Below are positions 24,699 to 32,129 of a stretch of DNA of 37,514 nucleotides, one piece after another (position 1 is the first letter of the stretch; the number at the start of each line of letters is the position of its first letter). A program made the position numbers and the translations under genes. Location: contig CAIYZX010000150.1 of the NCBI GenBank assembly GCA_903930745.1, forward strand, positions 1-37,514, written 5' to 3'. The notes below the pieces were generated by a model, which did no database searches, was not told the DNA's origin, and was given only the letters and a program-made list of their open reading frames with translations. This DNA is from an uncultured Chloroflexota bacterium. Its GTDB lineage: Bacteria > Chloroflexota > Limnocylindria > Limnocylindrales > CSP1-4.

Positions 24699-26138
24699 AT
24701 GGCCCCGGACGAGGCGCCGCGTCTGCCGTCCAACCGCCCGATCAAGCTGGAGCCGGGACAGGATCCGCCCGCGCCCGGCTCCACGGCGCTGGAGCGGCTC
24801 GCGGCCAAGTACGGCACCGGCGGCCAGGGCGGCCTGCCCGGCGTGTCGTCCGTGTACGGCAAGCCCGGCACGCCGGGCACCTCCGGCGCCACGCCCGCGA
24901 AGCCGGCCACGCCCACACCCGGTGCGCGCCCCGCTCCCCGGCCGGCCCCACGGCCCTCCGCCGCCACGCCCGTCCACCAGCCGACCGGTGGCCGCCCGCT
25001 GCACGTGCCCGGTGACACGGTGGCGGAGCGCGTGGCGTACCGGCTCGCACTCAAGCGCGGGCAGATCGAGCCGGGCGCGCCCGGGAGCTCCGTTCCGCCC
25101 CGGCCCGCGGCGGCAACCTCGTCCGCCGCCCCCGCGAGCGCCCCCAGGACCGCGCCTGCCGCCCCGAGAGCGCCGCTGGCGTCGTCGTCGGCCACCGGCG
25201 CCACCTCCGGCTCCGTGACGTCTTCCCGGCCCGCATTCGCGCTGGAGCGCCCGCGCCTCGACACGCGCCGCCCGGCCCCGGCCGACGGCGCCCCGGCACC
25301 CGCCCCGAAGCGCCCCGTTGCGCCGCTCAACCCGCCCACGCCCGCGGAGATCGAGGCGTCCGTGGACCACGAGATGTACGAGGCCTACGCCGGACTGGTG
25401 AAGAGTCTCCTGGGCTTCGACCTCACCCAGTACAAGCGGCCCCAGGTCTGGCGCCGCTCCATGTCGTTCGCGAAGCAGAAGGGCTGCCGCGACGTCATCG
25501 AGCTGATGGAGCGCTGCCGGACGGACCTGGACCTGCGCACCGCGGTGCGCGACATGATCACGATCAACGTCAGCGAGTTCTTCCGCAACCCGGACGCGTG
25601 GGAGTCCCTGCGCACCGCCGTGCTGCCGGAGCTCCTGCGCATGGGCCGGCCAATCAGGTTCTGGAGCGCCGGCTGCTCGCTGGGCTATGAGCCGTACACC
25701 TTCGCCATGATGGTCAAGGAGGCCGGGGGCGGCGATGCCAAGATCCTGGCCACGGACCTCGACGAGACGATCCTCGCCCAGGCGCGAGCCTCGGTCTACG
25801 CGGACCACCAGATGGTGGGCGTCTCACCCGCCCGGCGCGCGAAGTTCTTTGACGAGCGGGACGCCACCTGGTCCGTGAAGCCGGAGCTGCGCTCGATGAT
25901 CCAGTGGCGGCGCCAGGACCTGCTCCGGGACCCGTTCCCGTCAGACCTTGACCTGATCGCCTGTCGCAACGTCGTGATCTACTTCACGGACGACGCGAAG
26001 GACGGGCTGTACCGCCGGTTCACGCAGGCGCTGCGCGTCGGCGGGACGCTCTTCATCGGCGCCACGGAGGCCATCGGCAGCGCCCGGTCCTTCGGGCTCC
26101 AGATGGTCACGTCCGGCCTCTACCGCCGCGTGGAGTAG
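24699..26138 (+). CDS. cheR: chemotaxis methyltransferase CheR with ~215-aa Pro/Ala-rich N-terminal extension
   Basis: CheR core from aa ~215: INVSEFFRNPDAWE, RFWSAGCSLGYEPY (SAM-binding), ACRNVVIYF. Third positions in the extension, read codon by codon from 24699, are almost all G/C, which supports translation from 24699. That start lies 2 nt after the cheA stop. Confidence 0.85.
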   Translation: MAPDEAPRLPSNRPIKLEPGQDPPAPGSTALERLAAKYGTGGQGGLPGVSSVYGKPGTPGTSGATPAKPATPTPGARPAPRPAPRPSAATPVHQPTGGRPLHVPGDTVAERVAYRLALKRGQIEPGAPGSSVPPRPAAATSSAAPASAPRTAPAAPRAPLASSSATGATSGSVTSSRPAFALERPRLDTRRPAPADGAPAPAPKRPVAPLNPPTPAEIEASVDHEMYEAYAGLVKSLLGFDLTQYKRPQVWRRSMSFAKQKGCRDVIELMERCRTDLDLRTAVRDMITINVSEFFRNPDAWESLRTAVLPELLRMGRPIRFWSAGCSLGYEPYTFAMMVKEAGGGDAKILATDLDETILAQARASVYADHQMVGVSPARRAKFFDERDATWSVKPELRSMIQWRRQDLLRDPFPSDLDLIACRNVVIYFTDDAKDGLYRRFTQALRVGGTLFIGATEAIGSARSFGLQMVTSGLYRRVE

Positions 26139-26215
26139 GCCCACTCCCCTCTCCCCCACCCGGGGCCCAGCGCTCGCCGGGACGGGCGCCTTCACGCGCC
26201 CCCGGGGAATCGAGA

Positions 26216-26271
26216 GGCCCGCCGGGACCGGCGGGCCGCGTGACGTCGGGCGCCGCGGGCCGGAGCCCGCG
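26216..26271. terminator. two GC-rich hairpins between convergent cheR and fliD
   Basis: 26216-26237 ggcccgccgg-ga-ccggcgggcc (inverted repeat of up to 10 bp). 26254-26271 cgcgggc-cgga-gcccgcg (7-bp stem, 4-nt loop). No U-tract. Confidence 0.45.
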
Positions 26272-26277
26272 AATGCG

Positions 26278-28044
26278 TCAGCCGCCGCTGCTGTTGTTGA
26301 TGCTCGTGATGGACTTCTGCGTGGACTGGAGCTGGCTGAGGGTCTGCTCCATGCGGGAGAACCTCGCCTCCAGCGCTGCCGTCTTGGCGTCGATGCGCTC
26401 CTGGAGGGCCGTCTGGCGCGAGGAGAGAAGGCTCAGCTGCGAGGTGATGGAGTCCGCGGACGTGGAGAGCCTGCCGCCCGTCTTGGTCCAGTTGTTCACG
26501 GCCGTGGTGAGGGGCGCCAGCAGGCCGGACGTGCCATTGAGGATGTCCGCCACGGAGGTCGGATCCTGCTCGATGGCGGCGGCGAGCTTGGTCGCGTTGA
26601 GCGACAGGCGGCTGGTGCTGCCCACCGCGGAACCCACGGCACCGGAGGTCACGCCAAGGTCTGCGAGCGAGCGGAACGTGCCCGTCCCGGTGGAGGCCGT
26701 CAGCGTGCGCCGCAGGTTGAGGGTCAGGCTGCGCGCCTCCAGGTCGCCGGCGAGCGCGCCCTTCGTCCCGTTCGCCGGATTGGCAGTGAGGGCGTCCAGC
26801 TTGTCCGCCAGGCTGTTGTAGGCGTTGACCAGCTCCTGCACCGCGGACGTGACGCCGCTGGTGTCCGGCGTCACCGTGATGGTGGAGGTCCCCTGGGCGA
26901 GTGCCGTGATCGTCACGCCGGTCAGCGCGCCGGTGACCTTGTTGCTGTCCGAGTAGTAGGACTGCCCGTCGATCGTGACCTTGGCCTGCTGGCCCACGGC
27001 CTGGGCGTTGGTGGTGCCGGGCGCGAGGTTGAGCGCGGCGGCCAGGGGCCCGGTGTCCGTGATGGACATGTACGCGGCCCCACCGGTCCTGGCCGTCAGC
27101 ACCAGCTTGTCGTTGGTGCGATCCAGGCTTGCCGTGACGCCGGCGGAGGACGCGTTGATCTTCGTGACGATGGACGAGAGCGTGTCCGTGGACGTGTTGT
27201 ACGAGATGGCGGCGCCATTGACGGTGAGCGTGCCGGTGCTGGCCGCCGTGAACGTGGCGGAGAGGCCCGCGCTGTCCAGCGCGGACGAGGTGCTGGTGAC
27301 ACCGAGGGCGCTCCGCCCGGTCATGGGCGTGCTGTTGGTGATCGTGGTGGTGCCGGTGCCGGCCAGACCCAGCACCGCGAGCGCGTTGCTCGTGTCACCG
27401 GAGGCACCGAAGCTGACGGCGTGGGATGCGCCACTGACGGCCACCTGGAGGCGGTTGCCGCTGATGGAGACCGTTGCCGTCGAGGTGGACCCTCCGCCCT
27501 CGTTCGCCTGGATCTGCGTGGTGAGCGCATTGGAGATGGCGGTCAGCGCGGCACCGAGCGTGGTGCTCGACGGCGTGCCGATCGTCGCCGTGACCACCTT
27601 GCCGTCCACCACCATGGAGACCTGGCCGCCGGTCACCGTGCCCGGCAGGGAGAGGCTGGAGAGGGTCTTGGTGAGATCGTCCGAGGTGATCGCCTTGCCC
27701 ATGGCCGCCGTGGAGGTGGCCCGGGTGCTGGTGGCGAGCTGGTCCACGGTGACGGAGTAGCTGCCGGCCAGCGCGGACGTGCCGGCGGATGCCGCGAGCA
27801 CCGTGCTGCTGGAGGACGAGGCGGAACGCTTGGAGCCGCTCAGGTCCTTGGAGAACGCCGTGGCTGCGGTCTCGAGGCGGGACAGGTAGATGCGCAGGTC
27901 CGTGTATGCGCCCTGCGTGCCCAGCAGCGTCTTGCGCTGGGTCTGCAATCGCGTGAGCGGGGCCTGCTCCGCGGAGACGAGCGCAGACAGGAGCTGCTGT
28001 GTGTCCAGCCCCGAGATTGCACCGCTGACGCTGAAAGTGGCCAT
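26278..28044 (-). CDS. fliD: flagellar filament cap protein FliD (HAP2)
   Basis: 588 aa. N-terminal ISGLDTQQLLSALVSAEQAPLTRLQTQR and C-terminal LEARFSRMEQTLSQLQS are FliD N/C family motifs. Ser/Thr/Ala-rich middle. Confidence 0.93.
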   Translation of the reverse strand: MATFSVSGAISGLDTQQLLSALVSAEQAPLTRLQTQRKTLLGTQGAYTDLRIYLSRLETAATAFSKDLSGSKRSASSSSSTVLAASAGTSALAGSYSVTVDQLATSTRATSTAAMGKAITSDDLTKTLSSLSLPGTVTGGQVSMVVDGKVVTATIGTPSSTTLGAALTAISNALTTQIQANEGGGSTSTATVSISGNRLQVAVSGASHAVSFGASGDTSNALAVLGLAGTGTTTITNSTPMTGRSALGVTSTSSALDSAGLSATFTAASTGTLTVNGAAISYNTSTDTLSSIVTKINASSAGVTASLDRTNDKLVLTARTGGAAYMSITDTGPLAAALNLAPGTTNAQAVGQQAKVTIDGQSYYSDSNKVTGALTGVTITALAQGTSTITVTPDTSGVTSAVQELVNAYNSLADKLDALTANPANGTKGALAGDLEARSLTLNLRRTLTASTGTGTFRSLADLGVTSGAVGSAVGSTSRLSLNATKLAAAIEQDPTSVADILNGTSGLLAPLTTAVNNWTKTGGRLSTSADSITSQLSLLSSRQTALQERIDAKTAALEARFSRMEQTLSQLQSTQKSITSINNSSGG

Positions 28045-28132
28045 CGTGGTCGCCTGTCGCTCGCTCTGGTTGCCCGAAGGTCAGTGTTCCGGTCCCGGCC
28101 CTGTCCGTCGCTCGGGATACGCCCCGAAAGAC

Positions 28133-28441
28133 TCAGCCGGAGACGTCCAGGATGTGGGGCCCACGTCCGGGGGTGTCGTACGCCGCGAGGGCCCGGGCTG
28201 ACTCGCGTGCGGCCGGCAGCTGTGCCGAGACGGCCTCGGCGAGACCGGGGTCGCGAGCCAGGAGCTCCGCCAGGCGATCCGCCACCGCGTTGGGCAGCTG
28301 GCTCGTGGTGGCCGGGGCGGCGGCCTCCGCCCTGGGGGCGGGCTCGGCGTCCGTGGTCCGGTCCGGGGCGTTCGCAGCCCTCCGGGTGGTGCGGGGGCCA
28401 GCCGGATGCGCCGCCTGCGGGACCAGGGACGAGATCCTCAC
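28133..28441 (-). CDS. hypothetical 102-aa protein between fliS and fliD
   Basis: GTG 28441 overlaps the fliS stop (GTGA). G/C-rich third positions when read codon by codon. No recognisable family motif (…TSQLPNAVADRLAELLARDPGLAEAVSAQLPAARESARALAAYD…). Confidence 0.6.
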   Translation of the reverse strand: MRISSLVPQAAHPAGPRTTRRAANAPDRTTDAEPAPRAEAAAPATTSQLPNAVADRLAELLARDPGLAEAVSAQLPAARESARALAAYDTPGRGPHILDVSG

Positions 28442-28914
28442 GCCCGGATGGCCCCCACGAGGCTTCCGATGCCCGTGGCGGTCACGGGGACGGCCATCAC
28501 GGGGCGGGGGGGCGGCCCGGGAACGGCGGGCCGCGCCTGCGGCACCTCGTTGGTCTCGATCGCCCGCCAGGCCTCAAGGAGGCCGCGGAGGAGATCGATC
28601 ACCTCGAGCACCGGCCCGGGCTGCTTGCCCACGTTGCCGGCGACGAGACGGCGGAGCATGAAGTCGTAGAGGGCGTCCAGCTGGACGGCGATGTCGCCGC
28701 CCCTGTCCATGTCCAAGGTCTCGCGGAGGGCCGCGACGATGGCCTGGGCACGAATGCTGGCCGTGTGGGCCCCCTCCAGGTCGCGAGCGGCGAGCCGCTG
28801 GATGGACTGGGCGCAGAACCGGATGGCGCCCTCGTACAGCAGGACGACCTGGTGGGCCGGGCTGCTGGTCGTCACCTGCGCTGTGCGGTAGGCGGCGGTG
28901 GGGTCGTACGTCAC
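28438..28914 (-). CDS. fliS: flagellin-specific export chaperone FliS
   Basis: 158 aa with a GTG start. AYRTAQVTTSSPAHQVVLLYEGAIRF...DIAVQLDALYDFMLRRL matches the FliS four-helix family. Pro-rich C-terminal tail. Confidence 0.9.
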   Translation of the reverse strand: MTYDPTAAYRTAQVTTSSPAHQVVLLYEGAIRFCAQSIQRLAARDLEGAHTASIRAQAIVAALRETLDMDRGGDIAVQLDALYDFMLRRLVAGNVGKQPGPVLEVIDLLRGLLEAWRAIETNEVPQARPAVPGPPPRPVMAVPVTATGIGSLVGAIRA

Positions 28915-28956
28915 GGGAGTGGCCTCGGGGGCTGGAGCTGCTCGGTTGGCGGGGTG

Positions 28957-28993
28957 CCGGGCCGGCGGAGCCTGGTGGCTGCCGCCGGCCCGG
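28957..28993 (-). terminator. perfect 12-bp GC stem / 13-nt loop hairpin between fliC and fliS (terminator/attenuator candidate)
   Basis: ccgggccggcgg (28957-28968) pairs with ccgccggcccgg (28982-28993). Lies 16 nt downstream of the fliC stop. No U-tract. Confidence 0.5.
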
Positions 28994-29008
28994 TGCTAGG
29001 CGCTACGA

Positions 29009-29788
29009 CTAGCGGAGGAGGCTCAGGACCGACTGCGGGGCCTGGTTGGCCTGCGCGAGGATCGCCACACCCGCCTGCTGGAGGATCTGGCTCTTCGTGA
29101 AGGTCACCATCTCCGAGGCGACGTCGAGGTCGCGGATGCGGGACTCGGACGCCGCCAGGTTCTCAGCCGCGACCGAGAGGCTGGCAACGGTGTACTCAAG
29201 GCGGTTCTGCGCCGCGCCGAAGGTGCCGCGCAGGGTGCTGATGGCCGTGACCGCGGTGTCGACCGACGCGATGTCGGTGACATAGGCAGCCGATGTGTTG
29301 ACCGCGCCGAACGTGACGGAGAGGGTCTGGCCCTGGTCCGCACCGACCTGGAAGGAGACGCTCGAGGAACCGGTCAGCAGCGTGACACCGTTGAACTTGG
29401 TGTTGCTGGCGATGCTGCTGATGGCGCTCTGGAGCTGCGTCACCTCGGCCGAGATGGAGGCGCGGGTGTCCGTGCTGTTGGTGCCGTTCGCGTACTGGAC
29501 GGCCAGCTCACGGATGCGCTGGAGCATGTTGTGGACCTCGGTCAGAGCGCCTTCAGCGGTCTGGACCATCGAGATCCCGTCCTGCGCGTTGCGGGTGGCC
29601 TGGTTGAGGCCGCGGACCTGGGAGCGGAGCTTCTCGGAGATCGCGAGGCCGGCGGCGTCGTCGGCGGCGCGGTTGATGCGGAGGCCCGAGGAGAGCTTCT
29701 CGACGGACTTGCCGTACGACACGGCGGTGGCGCCGAGGTTGCGCTGCGCGTTCAGGGCCTCGATGTTGGTGTTGATCCGGATGCCCAC
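29009..29788 (-). CDS. fliC: flagellin (short, 259 aa)
   Basis: GTG start with GGAGG 8 nt upstream. [40 protein letters not shown] and C-terminal [25 protein letters not shown]. Short Ser/Thr-rich central region. Confidence 0.96.
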   Translation of the reverse strand: MGIRINTNIEALNAQRNLGATAVSYGKSVEKLSSGLRINRAADDAAGLAISEKLRSQVRGLNQATRNAQDGISMVQTAEGALTEVHNMLQRIRELAVQYANGTNSTDTRASISAEVTQLQSAISSIASNTKFNGVTLLTGSSSVSFQVGADQGQTLSVTFGAVNTSAAYVTDIASVDTAVTAISTLRGTFGAAQNRLEYTVASLSVAAENLAASESRIRDLDVASEMVTFTKSQILQQAGVAILAQANQAPQSVLSLLR

Positions 29789-29862
29789 GAGATCGGCCTC
29801 CTAGCCAGATCTGTCGTTCGGCGACTTCCTGTCACCGGGCGGGCGCTTGCCTGCCGAGTTGG

Positions 29863-29890
29863 GTATCGGTCCGGGACCCCAAGGTCTTGA
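29863..29890 (-). promoter_or_regulatory. candidate sigma-28-type promoter of fliC: TCAAG-N15-ACCGATAC
   Basis: On the minus strand, TCAA (29890-29887), 16 nt, then aCCGATAc (CCGATA = 29869-29864). Compare consensus TAAA-N15-GCCGATAA. About 75 nt upstream of the fliC GTG. Confidence 0.5.
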
Positions 29891-29947
29891 CCCGTACATT
29901 GGTGTTCCCCCGGAAGGGGTGGGGGGCATCCCCTGCCACCGGGGTGA

Positions 29948-32125
29948 TCACCGACGGCCCGGACGACCCTTCCTGGGCTTCTGGTGGCCCGGCCTGCCAT
30001 GCCGCCGAGCGGCGCCGGGCAGGCCCGGTGCGGACGGGGCGTGCCCATCGGACGGCGTGGCCCCGGGTGCGCGCAGCTGGTCCACCAGGGGCGCGGCATC
30101 GGCATCGTCGAGGGCGGCCCAGCTCACCGGATGCTCGATGCCTGCAACGCGCGCGCCCGCATCGAGGAGACCCGCCCAGAACGCCCAGCCCGGAGCCTGG
30201 GCCTCACGCCATGACTCCGGATCGATCGGCACCACGCCGGCCAGGCTCCGGTGGAACAGCTCTGTCCCGAAGGTCAGGACGCCGTCCGGGTTGGGCGGCC
30301 AGGCGCCAAGGGCGACCCTCGCCTGCGACCCGGCATGGATGATCGCCTGCCCGTAGACGAGCTCCAGGCCGTGCTCGGTGGCGACCTCCAGCAGGGTGGC
30401 CACGTGGTCGGGCTCGAAGGCCACCTCGGGCGAGAGGGGTGCGATCCACGCACCCGTGGCCGCCGTGATCCCGGCCGCGACCAGGCTGGCCGTGGCGGCC
30501 CAGCGGTCCGCCGTCTCGTCTCCGCGGGCGGCTGGGAGCGTGGCCGGGACGACCCGGACACCGGGGGCGCGGGCGATGGCCTCGAAGGCGGCCAGCCGGC
30601 CGGGCTCCGCGACCAGCAGGACCTCCAGCGGCCGGTACGTGCCTGCCAGGGCGGATTCCACGGCCCGTCGGACCAGCGCATCCGGGTCGTCCCACACCGG
30701 GACGATGACGGTGACGAGCGGCGCCTGGGCGTCCTGGGGAGGCCAGCAGGTGGCACCGCCGCCGCGCAGGCCGGCGAGCACGTCCGCGGCCCGCGCCGCC
30801 ACCGTGCGTGCCGCGCGGCGGTGGGCGAGCGACGCGGCAGCCTCCGCGTGGACGGCACCCGCATCCGGCAGGCCACCGAGCCCGTGCACGCGACCGTCGA
30901 CCGCGCGGCCGGCATGCTCCGCCGCCCATCGGTAGGCGTCCGCCCATTCCGGGGCGCGCGCCGCCACGGAGTACTCGGCCAGGACCCGCTCGCGCGCTCG
31001 TCCGGCGATCTCCTCGCGCAGGTCACGCGAGGCCACCAGGCGCTCAAGCGCGGTGTGCCAGTCCTGCGTCGTCTCCGCGAGCAGACCGTCCACGCCGTCG
31101 CGGATCGCGTCGAACGGACCGCCGTCCGGCATGCGGGTGGCAACGGTGGCGGCGCCGGCCATGGAGTACTCCAGCCAGTGGAGCTCGGACTTCGCCTGGT
31201 CGAAGACGTCGCCCACGAGGGGGGCGAGACCGATGTGGGGCCGGGCGGTCGCGAGGCTGCGGGCGAAGGCCGAGGCCCCCTCGACGAACGGTCCCACCTC
31301 GTCCATGATCGCGATCACCGGCTCCGCCGGCCCACCGGCAGGGGCGTTCAGCGCGCCCAGCCACACCCTGCGTGAACCCGGGTGCCGGGCGGCGACCGCG
31401 TCCACGGCCGGCCGGCAGACGTCGTAGTCGCGCATACGGTTGGGCTTGGCGTAGTAGAGCATCCGTGGATCGCCCTCCACGGGCGGCGCCCCGGGCTCCA
31501 CCGTGTACCAGGCGGGCTGGACGGCATTGCGGACCACCCGGATGGCGTCGTTGTAGCCCCTGAACCGGCTCGCGAGGACGGGGGTCGTCACCGTCACGAG
31601 GTCCGCCCGGCGGAGCATCCGCTCCACCACCTCCACCTCGGCGGCAAGGCGGAGAGAGACTCCGTTCCACGCCTGGACGCGCAGCAGATCGTCGTCCGTC
31701 TCATAGACCATGGCCCGGCCGCGCAGCAGCTCCGGGTACTCCTCCAGGGCCTTGAAGAGTGGCCGGACGAGGCGTTCCGGCTGGTTGACCCGGTGGCCCG
31801 TGCCGCGTGCATGCCGGTCAAGGTCCGCCTGGTGCTCGCTGACCAGCGCGCAGTCACGGCACGACCAGCGCGTCACGTAGAAGCGCCGGAAGACCAGGAC
31901 GTCCGCCCAGTCCAGGTCCGAGCGATCCAGCACCGTGTCCGCCCCGGAGATCGCCTCCTCGGCGGACGCGTCCGGACCCGCGGTGGTGCCCAGGCGGTAG
32001 TTGGTCCACGCTCGCAGCTCCACGCCGTGGGCGGCAAGGGCCTCACGGTGCATCCCAAACCGGTAGATGTCGCAGGGGCCGTCGTCCATGGACCCGAAGA
32101 CGAGGACGCGCAGGGTGTCGGTCAT
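29948..32125 (-). CDS. two-domain glycosyltransferase (N-terminal GT-B/GT4-like + C-terminal GT-A/GT2-like) with Cys2His2 insert; candidate flagellin glycosyltransferase
   Basis: 725 aa. GT-B C-lobe pattern SELHWLEYSMAGAATVATRMPDGGPFDAIRDGVDGLLAE...LREEIAGRARERV. GT2-like LVTVIVPVWDDPDALVRRAVESAL...LEVLLV. Basic C-terminal tail. The stop lies 160 nt upstream of the fliC start, same strand. Confidence 0.75.
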   Translation of the reverse strand: MTDTLRVLVFGSMDDGPCDIYRFGMHREALAAHGVELRAWTNYRLGTTAGPDASAEEAISGADTVLDRSDLDWADVLVFRRFYVTRWSCRDCALVSEHQADLDRHARGTGHRVNQPERLVRPLFKALEEYPELLRGRAMVYETDDDLLRVQAWNGVSLRLAAEVEVVERMLRRADLVTVTTPVLASRFRGYNDAIRVVRNAVQPAWYTVEPGAPPVEGDPRMLYYAKPNRMRDYDVCRPAVDAVAARHPGSRRVWLGALNAPAGGPAEPVIAIMDEVGPFVEGASAFARSLATARPHIGLAPLVGDVFDQAKSELHWLEYSMAGAATVATRMPDGGPFDAIRDGVDGLLAETTQDWHTALERLVASRDLREEIAGRARERVLAEYSVAARAPEWADAYRWAAEHAGRAVDGRVHGLGGLPDAGAVHAEAAASLAHRRAARTVAARAADVLAGLRGGGATCWPPQDAQAPLVTVIVPVWDDPDALVRRAVESALAGTYRPLEVLLVAEPGRLAAFEAIARAPGVRVVPATLPAARGDETADRWAATASLVAAGITAATGAWIAPLSPEVAFEPDHVATLLEVATEHGLELVYGQAIIHAGSQARVALGAWPPNPDGVLTFGTELFHRSLAGVVPIDPESWREAQAPGWAFWAGLLDAGARVAGIEHPVSWAALDDADAAPLVDQLRAPGATPSDGHAPSAPGLPGAARRHGRPGHQKPRKGRPGRR

Positions 32126-32129
32126 GGCG

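Noticed and set aside
23874-25808. 644-aa minus-strand ORF (and 24614..25339 -, 24922..25218 +) over cheA 3' end and the cheR extension
   Set aside because: Antisense to CheA P5 and CheR. The plus frame from 24699 has near-uniform G/C third positions and runs directly into the CheR catalytic core, so the plus frame is the coding one.
27421-29100. 559-aa plus-strand ORF spanning fliD 5' end, the orphan gene and fliS; 32067..33764 + 565 aa across the formyltransferase-fold gene
   Set aside because: Antisense to FliD/FliS, which have clear family N- and C-termini. Gly/Arg/Pro-rich and spanning intergenic gaps, which is typical of non-coding open frames in GC-rich DNA.
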